This document shows positions 13,250-25,942 of a DNA stretch of 41,014 nt, piece after piece (positions within the stretch are counted from its first letter, which is position 1; each line of letters begins with the position of its first letter). The notes under the pieces were generated by a model, which saw only the letters and a program-made list of their open reading frames with translations, did not search any database and was not told the DNA's origin. Source of the stretch: Octopus sinensis. Its lineage: Eukaryota. Position numbers and translations under genes: made by a program. The stretch lies in NCBI RefSeq assembly GCF_006345805.1, contig NW_021829872.1, forward strand, positions 1-41,014. The letters run 5' to 3'.

Positions 13250-14396
13250 TGTCACAGTCCGTTTATAAAACCCGCCCATTTAGACAACTATAAATAACGT
13301 AGTAGCAACGTAACAATTTATTATATATAAAGGCTTTTAATTATATTTAGTGCTTATAAAATGTGTATTTTAATAAATAGAAAATAATTAAAACAACCCC
13401 TAACTCTAATTCCAACGTATACCTGACGCCTAGCCCAGGACTTAGTTTCCACCCTAAACTGACTTTTATCTCCAAACCTAATCTAAACCCTAATCCTAAT
13501 CTAAACCCTAATCCTAATCTAAACCCTAATCTAAACCTAATCCTTAATACTTAAAAAGTTTTAATACTTAAAAAGTTAATGAAAATTTTAATTTTTAATA
13601 AATTTTTATAGAGTTAAATAAGTTATTTCTTAACTGTTTTAAGTCTTGAGATGTGTACATTTGGTACAATCTCACCATTTTCTCCTTCTAACAAATAATG
13701 ATCGTTTTTCACACTGATGATCTTGTGTTTGCTGGAATCAATTCCGTCATATAACGGATATCTTGGCCGATTGGTGTCATTATCTGTACGTAGAAGTACA
13801 AGATCGCCTTCTGATGGCCTATCCTCATCGTTTTTCCATTTTCTTTTTTTATTCATTTTTATACCGCAAGAGACAATGTTTTTGAAAGCTTCCTTTTCTT
13901 TTTCTCAAGTTCGTCATCACTGTCATTTTCCAAAACCTCTTTTTTTGTATCATCACTGTTATGCCCCATAAGCTCTTTTCGATGTGTTTCACTAACTGAA
14001 TTGCAATTCTTGATTCCCATAAACAGAAAGAAAGGTATCTGCCTTGTCGTCGAGTGAATAGTGTAATTATACGAGAATGTAAGTAATTTCATCCTTAAAG
14101 ACAATTGATCTGGCTATTCTCTTAAGCCGCATTTGCTGGAACTTGCTCTTGTTACCGAAGACACTCAAATCCTCTTCATTGGACTTGAATTCTTTGATAA
14201 TTTCCAATTCTTCCCTAGAAAGTGTCACCTGACGCATTAAATCACGCTGCTTTAAATTTAATTATTTTATCAGTTTTAATAAAAATTTATACATAAATAA
14301 ACGACTTTTTCCTTAAAATTATTTTTTTTCTTATTTTTTTTGTAATATTTGCTACAAGGTAACAAAATGGGCGGATTTCAGAATAGGACTGTGACA
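13250..14396 (-). mobile_element. Ginger2/TDD-like DNA transposon, internally deleted
   Basis: Imperfect ~32-bp TIRs (TGTCACAGTCC..CCGCCCATTT / AAATGGGCGG..GGACTGTGACA) and a 5-bp TSD AAATA (13245-13249, 14397-14401). ORF start at 14237 (MRQVTLSREEL..) is joined directly to the integrase C-terminus (SYNYTIHSTTRQIPFFLFMG; GDLVLLR..VHISRLK). HHCC and DDE core missing. Confidence 0.85.
13474..13543 (+). repeat. Telomere-like degenerate tandem repeat (CTAAACCCTAATCCTAAT)n
   Basis: Two full 18-bp units at 13483-13518 plus partial units on either side, inside the Ginger-like element. Confidence 0.85.
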
Positions 14397-14454
14397 AAAT
14401 ATCATACAAATAATAAAATATCATCCTTTTGAATAAAATCTGAATTAGAAATAA

Positions 14455-14830
14455 AACAGCTCATTTGCCAGAAGACCTTTGGTCTGGGATTCCACTTGTG
14501 TGGATACCTTCTCAAAGTTTTTCATCAACGAATCGGCCTCTCTTGCTGGGTCTCGTGCTAATAAGGCTGAGCTTTCGAAGTGCCGGAAATATCAGTCTTT
14601 GATGGATGACTTTTGGTTTGGCCAATCGTTGTCGAGACTTCCGGCGTCTTTGGCTCCGGGACCCTCACTTCCCTAAAGAAATTGGGACATCTTTGTTCTT
14701 CGCGGTCCAAGGACCCTAGGGAATTACTTTCCTCATTCAGAGGATCCTGCTGGCTGTCATGCGTTGCAACAGCTGTTCCCTCCGTCTCGCTGGGAGAATT
14801 TATTAGTTTGTTGACTTTACTTAGTAGTTT
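14455..14830 (+). mobile_element. CRE-clade non-LTR retrotransposon 3' end (REL domain)
   Basis: LVWDSTCVDT..ANKAELSKCRKY..PIVVETSGVFG..DPRE..QRILLAVMRCNS. Confidence 0.85.
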
Positions 14831-15129
14831 GACCCTAATTGATTAATATTTGCCAGAATTAACGAATGATTGACGAATTAATTAAAATATTATACCAGAC
14901 TAAAACTGTCATTGATTAGCTTTTTACTTGTAATTTAATAGTAAGAATTAAATGGCCACATGGCCATATGGATAGTAATCCATAAACTAAAAACTTGATA
15001 TGACACTCAAAAGCATCTAAAAAGCACTTTGAAAGCGACCTTCAGTGGTTGCGGGGCATAAAAAAGAAAAGCCTTAATTTTCATACCAAAAAATCAAATT
15101 GGCATGGAAAGTTTGCAAAAACAAATGAA

Positions 15130-16700
15130 TCATATGTTTATTTTACCAACTTCAAATCAATAATATTTTGTTTAAAAAATTTTTGACCGTTCGAGCTTTT
15201 GAATTTCAGGTCAGTGAGAACGTAGACAATCTGACAAATCTCTTGTCTTTCGCTTTGAAAAAGAGAAGGCTTAGGAAAACAGTACTTTTCTGACAAAAAC
15301 AGGACTGTCACTGTGAACAAAGGCATACCATAGTCAATGTTCTACAAATATAGTAGTATGGAATCCAACGCAAGGGAAAAACTGAAAAAATTAATTTAAA
15401 TACAATGAATGCACTTCGAAACTAGCTTAACTAACGGAAGAGAAAAACTGCTTCTTACTCTAAAGGTCCTCTTTCCTTGACGTTAACAAACAGGCCAGTT
15501 ACACCCCTTCTTTTCATTGGCTGTTTTACGCGGAATTGTCTCTCAATCCTGCGAGCCGGTACTTAATAACTAGCTTATTCCGTTTTCCATTTATTATAGA
15601 TGTTTAAATATTTATAATCGGTATGAAATAAACTCTCTCAAATTTGCCATTTTTGGTTCCTGTCAAAGTTGCGACGAATTTAAGAAATAGAAAATTTCAG
15701 AAGTTAATCAATAATTTTAAAATATTTATTTAAAACTTCTCTTCAGGTGTAAACAATTTCAGGTGTAAACAACCAAATTTGATTTTATTTCTTCTTTTTG
15801 TTCTTAAAAGTTTTTTAATCTCCTAATTGCTGTAATAAGACAACATCCTTTTCGTTTTCAATTTTCTCAAAAAGATCCTTTTAAATTTCACATAAATTAG
15901 ATGCTATTTTATTCTTGTTGAAGGTTCCCACTTTAATAGCTTCTTCATTGATGAATAGTATCTCACTTTCATTCAATAGTGATGTTATTGCTCCAAAATC
16001 TATCGCATTTTTTCAGAATAATTAATCGAAATAAATTCTCCGTTTACAATAGGATCGTAAATATTCATATTGAATAATTTTTCTCAACTATGTTCAGATT
16101 TACAAACCGTATAAGTATATTCTTTTTTTTGAAGTTTAAAACAATTTTCGATCTTTTTAGAGAATCCATCTTCCTAATCCATTTTTATAAACATAACGGT
16201 GTCTCTAAAGTTCAAATGTTTATATGGTTCAAATACCGACATTTTCTTTTTTCAATTATCCAGTAAGATACTCCAATTTGTGTATATTCAAACGGATTTT
16301 GAACTTTTTAATAATGTCCAATTTAGATTTCCAGACATTTTTGCGCATAACATGACAGATATTTTATCTTTGAAGTTTGTGTATCCTCCAAACCAAGTCC
16401 TACAGATACTACTAGATTAAATAAACTTGTAGAATGTTACAGTTTGATATATATCTGATCCATGGTTTATGACATTGAAAGTTCTTTAAATTCTTCGAAC
16501 AGGCCTTTAATGTCGACACTTTTGTCAGTAGAAATGTTTCCATGTAATTTCCTCACCCGAAATCCATGCTTTTTCTTATTAAATTTGGATAAAAATTCAT
16601 AAGAGTTTTGAAATATTGAAAATAAGCTGCTTAGCAAATAATTCTACCTTTCTTGCTATTAATGCATCGCTCAATAATGCACCTAAAAATTTAAAAACAC
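15130..16700 (-). mobile_element. Heavily degraded Tigger/pogo remnant(s)
   Basis: KLHGNIS and GYTNFKDKISVMLCAKMSG near 16330-16560, FKSSNG near 15190, and a TIR-like ctctctcaaatttgcca at ~15635. May be more than one copy. Confidence 0.45.
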
Positions 16701-18194
16701 TAAGATACACCTTTTGACTGTTATCTGTATACCGTAACATTTGGACTTTTTGTTGAGTCTTGTATATCTACCACCAGAAGCACAACGAAGCATGCTAGCA
16801 AAATAGAGTTTTATTGTTTATTAAAAATAAAAAGTTTCAATTTTCAGTAATTTTTTTAAAGACTAAAAAATAGTGGTAAATTTTGAAATTGACTAAAATT
16901 AGAAAATTTCTTACAAAATTGGAAAATAAAGAATTGGCAAATTTAATACAGACTCGTCTCTAATGAATGACAATAACCAAAAATTTTTTGCCTTGTAAAG
17001 TATGTAGGTCATTCTTCTCGCCAGCGTAGATCGGGTCATTGTTGATATTTAGACAGTAAATTGAAATTAAGTTTTAGCAAATTTTTGTTCTCAACATAAT
17101 GTTACATAAGATAAAAACACTAAAAATGAAGTCCAAATAAAAAAGAATTACCAGATTTAGTCGTATTGCCACATTTAATCAACCTTATATACGAACTAAT
17201 TTAGTGGTTAATCTCAAATTTATGAATTTAAATGTTGGATAAAAAATAAGAGAAAGTTTCAATCTTCAACCTTTCTCCTCCAGCCAGCCTGGCTGTCTCA
17301 ATCGTCCTGATCTGAAGGGCCAGCCAAAAACTAATCTAAATCAAAATCAACTCTCATCAACCTCTATGAACTTACGCCCACTTTTGGATCCTTATTTGTT
17401 AAAATCAGGTAATTCCGTCAGCTTTGATAAATCTGGAAAACACTTTACGCTTCAAATCATTTTAATCTTGTCTCCGAAAACCCGAGAAATATCCCCATTC
17501 ATTTTCTTCCTCAGAATCGAACTAGCAATAATAAAAGCTCGCAAAAATATTAGTGTCTAAATTCAAAAACATCATTATTTTAGTAGAAGATGACACATCG
17601 TAGTAAATTGAGGCAATCCAGTGTTAGGAAGTAAATAAACCAACAATAAAATATTAAATTTACTTACACGTGTTTTTGATTTCATTTTTGTTGTATCTTT
17701 TGCAGTTACAGTTCCGAATATTACATTTCGGAGATTCAGCTGCATACATTATTACTGATGCATTATTATGTTATCACACAAAATGTACTATAGATTATCG
17801 ATTCCATAATTACATTAAAGATACATACTTTATCTAAACATCGACTAAATTATATATAAACGTATTTGCAAGTATCGTCTTTCTATTCTTGGTTTGTAAA
17901 TAAACTAGAATCGTAATTGCTCACATAGGACTACGCAATTTAATAAATTAATATTTCATGTTAACTTAAAAAAAGCATTAGAATAAACTTGACCAGATTG
18001 GTAAATTCATGAATTCAAATTTTTCGAATCGGGCTTTCGGTTCACCTAGAAAAGGGATTTTATAGTTGAAGAGAACGTTTTAGATTACGTAGGATTGCTA
18101 ACCGAATACTTATTGAGGAAAATATAGCCTACATATATCAAAAAAATAAAAAAGTCAGATTATTCTGCATAAAAGAACAAGAGTTAAAGCTGAA

Positions 18195-18385
18195 ATAGCA
18201 CCATAAAATGGTGCTCTTCTCCGGTGCTAGGGTCAAACCCTTCTCTATAGTCCACATCTTTAGCGTTGCAATGTATGATTTCAGTCTTCTCCAAGACTGC
18301 GATATCCTTTTCGAGGTATCCATGACCAGGATATCGTCACCATAGATGATGAGCTTGCCAGTACGTGTCAAAACAATATGGAAAA
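18195..18385 (-). mobile_element. Non-LTR RT fragment (YxDD region)
   Basis: KLIIYGDDILV..RRLKSYIATLKMWTIEKGLTLAPEKST, typical of APE-type LINE RT domains 5-7. Confidence 0.7.
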
Positions 18386-19176
18386 GCAGTTCAATACTTA
18401 TTCGAAGAGGCAGATTATAGTGATATGGCTGTAATTTTCGACCCAAAAGATACATCAAATCAAGATGATATGACACGCTTATACAGACAAACCCATACTA
18501 TCGATGAGAAGGATGAAATTAACAAAGGTGATGCTGCGCTCAACTGTTTCGACAGAGCTATTGTACGCTTTCGTGGAAGTTCTTTTGGAAGCGAGATAGA
18601 ACACTTCAAGGAGTGGTTTGAGAAAAATATAATTCATAAAAAATACACATACATGTACCCTATAGAAGAGATCGCACCGGCAGACATAGATTTTTACAGA
18701 GTTTTAAAAACTATAGGCAGTTCGCATTATCACTCTATAAACAAGTATTTATCCAACAGAACGAGACAGGAGCACAATGTCTGGCTCAGGAATAAATCTG
18801 GCAACCTGGGGCCACAAAAGAATTCCCGATTAGAGGACATAATAAAAGAGTCCAAGAGGAGGAAAGGAAACGACGTTGTATATAATAAGAGCAGAATAGA
18901 CAAAAACTTGAGTGATTATAATGACTTGTCGAGTGTCTAACAGATGATAAGTTGGCCATGATGTACTTGGATACCAGCTTTATTCTATATATAGCGAAAA
19001 CATTGGGAAGATTTGTAAACCCAAGTTATTTTGCTAAAGATTCTTATCAACTAGTGTTTATAAGCTCCATTCTACGGGATGGCGCTTCAAATGGAATGTT
19101 TAGAGAATATCATGCGATTATTAAAAGAATTGTCTACGAATATAATAATTCTAAACATGACACATATTCCATTTAA
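18365..19176 (+). pseudogene. Unassigned ~270-aa ORF (one frameshift near 18930), possibly virus-derived
   Basis: The 191-aa and 74-aa ORFs can be joined by a single shift (..DYNDL/VECLTDDKLAMMYLD..). No motif recognised. TATG-A9 lies 20 nt after the stop. Confidence 0.4.
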
Positions 19177-19376
19177 CATTTTTATGGGAGTGGGATATGA
19201 AAAAAAAACTTGATGATTACATTATGCAGTCTTTATTAGCTTTTACTGGTAATTATGAAATTCTATCACGATAAGGAGAAAATGAATACGAAGTAGATTT
19301 TGTGTATCAAGAAAGCGAAGAAGTAAATAAAATGCAAAAAGACGTACTTAACAATTTGCATTTTATAATCATAATA

Positions 19377-20973
19377 TGTCGCGAGCCGAGCGCGCGACAG
19401 AGCGCTAGACGCGACTTTGACACCTGTCATACCTGTCATCCACTGTCAGTCTAATTGCCGGCGTACCATACTCACCCAGATAAAATATTATCCACGCTAG
19501 CATAATTTTGTCTACACTTTGTTATGTCGGGCCAGCGTTTGTTTGTAAAAGATCAAGATGAATATAATTCCTAAGATCTATACTCAATAATGAGGAGGTC
19601 GATCTTTCCAAACATAAGAAGTATCGACTCAAAAAGAAAGCAGAAAATTTCCTAATTAAAGAGGGGAAACTATATCTAAAGATGTAAACGGCCTACACAA
19701 GCTCGTAATTGCTTCCACGAGCTTAGAAGAGATGAAATTAATTGCACGTGAGATTCATGAAGCTAATCATTGCGGACATAATGCTTTGGAAGCCTTATGT
19801 AGGCGAAGATTTTTTATATTGAGAAGAGAGATCATTCGCCAAGTTGTTAAAGAATGCAATATTTGCAAATTTTCAGTTCCACTAAAACAATATGATGATT
19901 CAACTCATATTGTTGCTGATTTACCTAATGAAAGATTTCAAGTAGATTTAATTGATCTTAAACGTATAAAATTAACTTATTTTGTAGATTTAAAAATGAA
20001 AACAATGATTTTTCTTGGTTAATGTCTGTAATAGACGTATATTCGAAATATGCGTTTACAAGGAATCTTAAAAATAAAAGTGGAGTAGAGGTGGCGAATA
20101 ATCTGAATGATTTTTATGGATTTTGGTCCCTGCAAGTTTCTCCAATCAGACAACGGAACAGAATTCAAAAATTCTCATGTGACAAAAGTATGTGAAGAGT
20201 TTTGTGTTCGACAAATACATGGAAGACCAAACAATCCCCAGAGTCAGGGAATTGTTGAACGATTTAATCAGACGGTCACAAGGAGCCTTTCAAAAATTAT
20301 GAGTTTGGATGACACCAAAGAGTGGGTAAAACACATAAGAAAGACTGTTTTTTGTACAATCAAACACCTCATTCATCTACAGGTGAATTATTTGTCTTAA
20401 ATTTTTTGCAGGCGTTAGCCCCTTTGAGAGATATCGTGGAATTCCTGGATTCAATACTGTTTTAGGAAATACTGATGTTGAGGCAGCTGAACTTCAATAC
20501 ACTCCCGAAATTAACAGTAAATGTTTTAAATTCAACTAAAGATGAATTCGAATTCAACTTCCCAAAGTTAACTTGGATTCTCCATATTATAAGAGAATGA
20601 ACAGGAAGATGGGAGTGCATGTGTCTAAATATGAATTAAACATTGGAGACATTGTATTTATTTTATAATTACTTAAAAGGTTCGCATTCAAAAAGATTAT
20701 GGGACAAATCCTTCCTTGAGATTAACCAGGTTTGAACATCCATACGGGGATCCATTCACTATTGTTGCGAAATTGTCTAACAATTTTGTCAATGTGGAAA
20801 ATAGTGATGGATCAGTATGAAAGTTCATGCCAAACGACTTAAGAAGTTATAACAGTCAGAAATAATAATTGTCCTTGATCTAATCAATAAAATAAGTTAT
20901 TTTGACATTGATTGACATTGAGTAAATTTGATTGGTCGCGTCTAGTGCTCGGTCGCGCGCTCGGCTCGCGACA
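19377..20973 (+). mobile_element. Ginger2/TDD-like DNA transposon, near full length
   Basis: 39-bp TIRs (TGTCGCGAGCCGAGCGCGCGAC.GAGC.CTAGACGCGAC, 2 mismatches) and a 5-bp TSD TAATA (19372-19376, 20974-20978). HHCC finger (HEANHCG..CNIC), FQVDLIDL, LQSDNGTEF, PQSQGIVERFN. Frameshifted; no RT or LTR. Confidence 0.92.
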
Positions 20974-21084
20974 TAATATGACTTATCGAATGATTTCTGA
21001 GTATAGGAGTCCCAAAATAAACTGTATCAGATGTGATTCAGAAATTCAAAAAACCGGATCAAATAACCGACATTCCGGAACTGG

Positions 21085-21780
21085 ATAAAAAAAATATTGA
21101 CAGAGGAAGAAATTTTGTATATAAAATTTATTGCAACTGTGATAAACAGGTGGAATGTGCATCTACACTACAACAAATTCGATATAGGAGAGGTGAAGCT
21201 AGAAAAGGGCATATTACAGGGCGACAGTATGTCTCCGCTGCTGTTCATCTTCTCCCTAAAACCGCTGAGTAGAGTCCTCACAGCCCAATTCAAACAAATG
21301 TCAATTGAACATGAAGGAGGGTGTTTTAGCACCAACCATCTCATGTTCATGGACGACATTAAACTATTCGTTCGGTCTCCAGAGATCCTCCACTCGATGG
21401 GCAAAGCCTTGGAAGGTTTCATGAAGGCTGTGGGGTTGGAGCTCAACTACAAGTCGGCGACTAACACCCCTGTATGGGTGATTTAGTCAAAGCCTTGGAG
21501 GTACACCAAGGATATAAGTATCTTGGTGTGGTTGAGAGTCCAGCCTCATTAATCACACCCGAAACGAGAAAGTGTGTAGTGGAGGGTGTGCGTAGTAGGG
21601 CAGCAATGTTATGTAAAACTCGCCTCAATGGACGGAACTTATTTCATGCCTTGAACGAGTACGAGACAAGTGAAATCGAAATCGAGACGAGTGAGTACGA
21701 TGAAATGGACCTCATTGTCCGAAGAGTACTCTGAGAGAATCGCATCCATGTGTTGCCAAGCAATAAGGAGAGATTATTTG
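21085..21780 (+). mobile_element. R4/NeSL-like non-LTR RT fragment
   Basis: KGILQGDSMSPLLF, NHLMFMDDIKLF, GLELN.KSA, YKYLGV, LNGRNLFHALNEY. Confidence 0.88.
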
Positions 21781-22460
21781 GTTCCTCCATCTTCTGCTCA
21801 GCAATAAGTATGGCTTAAGGCGAGATTTACTCAGAGTTCTGGGCTAACCTCCACGCTGATGGAGATGGAGGGCGATCCTGGAGGGATGTTGCCAGTTTTC
21901 CATCTCTCTGGTTTTAGGGAGCTAACAGCGACTGGGCAATATTGACGTGGTATTAGAGAGGTTGTGATGGCTATAAAGTCTATTCTATGCAATGGCAAGA
22001 GTTACAACCGAGCATTTCCTGGTGGCTTCAAATCAGTCAAAAATATGATGATGGCCATACGTATCTGGTCATACGAGAGGTCAGAAAGAGAACTGACCAA
22101 AAAGCTCAACTGGCATTAGTCCGAGAAGCAAGAGTGTCTGATGCTTCTGCTTTCATCCTTCTTAATTAGATTTTGCCTTTTCTTTCTTCTCTTTTCTCTG
22201 ACGGAGGAAGGTTGCCAGAGTAAGGCCATAGAATCAAACTTGAGAACAACCACAAAAGTGCTTAGACTCGAAGAAGAGAATCGACTGAAAGCAGACGAAC
22301 TGATTAAAAAGTAATTTACTAAAAAGCATGCAGTGTATCCAGATAATTTCTAACTTGAAAACCAGATTTGTATACTGACATTGATGTGCCCAATCTGCAC
22401 AAAGTCAAAACAATTAATAATTTTATTTTTTCTTTAAAAAAATATCAGATATAATACTAA

Positions 22461-22980
22461 TTTCATTCTCAAGATTATAAGATAAATATTTTACTAAAAT
22501 GAACAATAAAATAGTACAAAAATCAAAATAGAATATATAGAAATAAAGTTAATTTCAAAAATCAATATAATGGAGATTAATTAATTGACAAAATGAAAAA
22601 AAATTGCTTGCAAAATGAACTTTAGCCAAGATATTTTACCAGCAGTCGATTTAATTAATCTTCACAAAATAAAAAACCAAAAATTATAAAAAATAATACA
22701 TCGATTGCAAGAAATGATCAAATAAAAATTAGAAACAGAAATGCACAACAACAAAAGAACAGAATATGACGTGCTAAACACGTGTACAATTTATCGAATT
22801 AATTTAATAAGTTAAAAACATTTAAAAAATAAAATAGTTAAAATTAATATCTTCAGTCTGTTTGACATTAACAAAAAAATGTGAATTTAACCAATTAACA
22901 TCAATGACAACGTCCGTGTACAAACATACTGACTTTTTTCAGACAAAAAAGACAAAAAGAATTATCTAATTAATTACTTT
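22461..22980 (+). repeat. Dispersed AT-rich non-coding repeat, copy A
   Basis: Collinear with 32979-33515 over ~520 bp, with scattered substitutions and indels. Confidence 0.85.
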
Positions 22981-23439
22981 AATTAACTATACAATTTTGG
23001 ATCAAAAATAGAATAAAAAGATTTTCTAATCACATCCAACTGGATCTTTATATTGAAATTTGTGTAAATGCATGCCGTAATACTAGTTTGTGAGAAGACA
23101 CAGATTTACTTAAAACATATTTTACATACAAAGGATTTTCGAAGGCTCTGGACTTAGAAAATTAATTAGTTATTAGTTTCTTTTTATTAATAAAGTCATA
23201 TAAAGGATTCTAAAATAGGATTTCAAATAAGTATTCCTACAACTGTTGATACAAATGATTTTTTATTACATTTAACTGAAGCATATGTTCTAGCAAATAT
23301 TCCATTATATAATCTAAGGAATTCTGTCTCAATACATTTTTTTAACTATTGGATTCAAGTTACCTCAATTATAGACCATTAATTTGTTCGCCCAATGCAT
23401 CAATTGAATGTTAGATTGTGGATGGTAAAATTCGTTTTG

Positions 23440-24757
23440 TAAATGTTGAAAAAAACAGCCTCTACACAGCCGCCACCCACGACACAACTCTTGGACTCCA
23501 TGATCCGCTTAGTCGCACACAAAGCGTCGTGGATTGACCTCTCGATCTCATAACAACCAAAATAATTGGGTCTTCTGATTACAATGGAGGCAGCCAACCT
23601 CGCTTTTAATCTACAAATGGCATTATTGTGACACTACTCAGTAATAAGAATCAATTCATCATCGCCGACCCACTGCTGACTGACCTGCGCTGCATTCACA
23701 ACGAAAGACGACTAAAAGTCTCACTCTCCACCATGAAAGCCAAGGCCATATCATCCACCACAGTAGCTGAATTAATAAATAAACACTGGCACCTCCAGTT
23801 GCTTGGCTATCCGTTTGAGATCCGACTTCAATACTCCCTCACAGCCATAGCATTGGCAGACACAAACTTTTTCAGTCTTCCAGTTTGGAAGGATCATTCA
23901 CCATCACCTGCACTCCCAACTTGAGCTTAGACTTCATTAAACCAAAGCCTAGACAGGTGATCTTAGCATTGGCGACAGATTTGACCATATCTGGAAAAAA
24001 ATCACAGAGAACATCACCTACACTCCCAATTTTGCAGTTCACAGCATATCTGTTAACGAGGAATGACTCCCTCACATTCTCCGCATTTGCTTTGAGGATG
24101 TTGATTGCCTTGATGGGCACTCTTGTCTGCCCTCCCACATCCAATTTGACCTTCGAACAGGCTTCCACACAGATTGGGGCAAAAAAGTCAGCATTTCTAC
24201 AATTTAGACATTTCTTCATACGGCCCAATGACTTTACTCTGCATCGATGTCTTAGCACTGTTAATCAACCACGTCTTATTAATCTCATTCCCCGATATCA
24301 ACATCCTCTCCTCAATAAACTTACACGCCTCTCTACAGTATTGGGGAATAAAGGAGTATTACTAACAGGCCATTCTGTAGCTGTCGATTATTTAAGTTGG
24401 GTGGGCGTTCATGGCGATTTGTTTTCTGCGTTTTTGAAGAGTTCTGCTGTGATAATCACCCGGTTTGAGACGGAGAATTTATTTCCACTGATGTTGTGCT
24501 GTCCCCTACTTCTTGATCCTGGAGATTGGCTAATTGGACGAGGATTTTAGCAGCAGGATGTTCCACGTTCATTAATCCGAGTATTGTGGCTCCGTCGTGG
24601 TGATAGTGGAATCCTAACACCGTCAATGTGGAAAAATACTCCGACCATCATTTTATCAAGATCAATTGGGCCTAGACTGAATTTCAGAAAGATCCCGATT
24701 GCACATGCGGCTTTAACTATTGAGGTTTATTTGGGTTAAATTTTAATTAAATTAATA
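23440..24757 (-). pseudogene. TCP1: T-complex protein 1 subunit alpha (CCT1) pseudogene, exon 2 onward, 3'-truncated, with micro-introns
   Basis: Motifs SLGPIDLDKM, DGATILG..VEHPAAK, QEVGD.TTSV, INILKA, NAKITCL, KLKLGVQV..DP.KL, DDELIL, IERSIHDALC, GGGCVEA. Introns at 24614-24639, 24460-24485, 24333-24362, 24197-24221, 23991-24017, 23767-23792, 23611-23637. Frameshifts, in-frame TAA codons and a ~100-nt coding deletion after KLED. Confidence 0.93.
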
Positions 24758-25173
24758 CAGTCAAACCCGGTTAGTCGCCACTTTTTAAACAAAAAATCAA
24801 ATTTTATAAAAAGAATTCAGTTACTCGTCAGATTCAGTTACTCGCCACTATTTTTAATTTTTTAATTTAAATAAAATGGTTTTAATTTAAAACAATAAAA
24901 TAATTTCCACATTTATTAACCATGCGGAAGTGTACTCGGTTATCTTTGGAGGAAAAGCAAAAATTTTAAATTTCATTGATGAAAATAAGGGTCTTAGCTT
25001 AAATCGAATTGCCTCAATTTTCTCGATTATTTTGAAGAAAAAAATTTCCAGAAGATGCCTAAACGATCTAAAAATAAATAAAAGCGAAATAGCCTCTATT
25101 AATCCAATTTTGGGGGAAAAAGTCGTTTATCTTGCAGAAAATTTCCTGCACTATACCATTTCCTATACTAAAT

Positions 25174-25440
25174 GGGATCGGATTAACGTCAAACTATGTG
25201 GGATTAACGTCAAACAAAGTGGGATTAAGGTCAAACTATGTGGGATTATTAACGTCAAACTATGTGGGATTAACGTCAAACAAAGTGGGATTAACGTCAA
25301 ACAAAGTGGGATTAAGGTCAAACTATGTGGGATTAAGGTCAAACTATGTGGGATTAACGTCAAACAAAGTGGGATTAACGTGAAACAAAGTGGGATAAGG
25401 TCAAACTATGTGGGATTAACGTCAAACTAAATGGGATTAA
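25174..25440 (+). repeat. 21-bp tandem array (left TIR arm), ~12 units
   Basis: Units GGGATTAA(C/G)GTCAAAC(TAT/AAA)GT, with no spacers. Confidence 0.95.
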
Positions 25441-25942
25441 CACCAAAAAATTCTTTTTTTTAAAATTTTATGTTAACCATATTTAGTGTTGTCGGCAATA
25501 TTTCCCTGTATTCCAGAAATAAAGCCTACACAATCTTTAGACGTAATGGTTCATTCATGCTATCCACAATTATTTGTTCAAGTATCCGTGTTCGATACTC
25601 TTAATTGATAAGCCTTCCCTGTTGAATTCAAATTTTTGTTTTATTCCATGAAGGGTAATTGTGCTATCGTCTTCAATGCATGATATTAAAAAGTCGACAT
25701 GTTTTTGTCAAACTTTTTTCTATAATTTCCACCTCTCGTGTCAGGTTTAACTCCATCCCTTATCCAACGATATGCTGTTGTTCTCGAGATATTGAGTTCA
25801 AGTGCTGTTTTTTTCCAATCTCCACCTGATTCTGCAGCTGAAATTAAATGTATTTTATTTCTATGCATTTGATTTTTCTCTTCCAATGATTTACGTGGCA
25901 TTTTTATTTGCTGCGCCGAAATATAATATTTATAATAAACGT

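Noticed and set aside
13474-13543. True chromosome end
   Set aside because: Short, degenerate, internal, and enclosed by the TIRs and TSD of a transposon.
19377-20973. LTR retrotransposon or retrovirus
   Set aside because: The ends are inverted rather than direct repeats, there is no gag, protease or RT, and the element is only 1.6 kb.
21085-21780. Bacterial group II intron, retron or other prokaryotic RT system
   Set aside because: The motifs (KGILQGDSMSP, HLMFMDDIKL, YKYLG) and the companion REL fragments are of eukaryotic non-LTR type; no bacterial operon features are present.
24333-24459. Alternative genetic code (TAA = Gln) suggested by two in-frame TAA in CCT1 (HPT*II, AC*|E)
   Set aside because: Gln elsewhere in CCT1 uses CAA/CAG, the gene has other lesions, and the AT-rich 362-codon hAT ORF has no internal TAA/TAG. 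Point mutation in a pseudogene is simpler.
23885-24550. 221-aa plus-strand ORF
   Set aside because: It is antisense to the CCT1 pseudogene; the conserved motifs and splice sites are on the minus strand.
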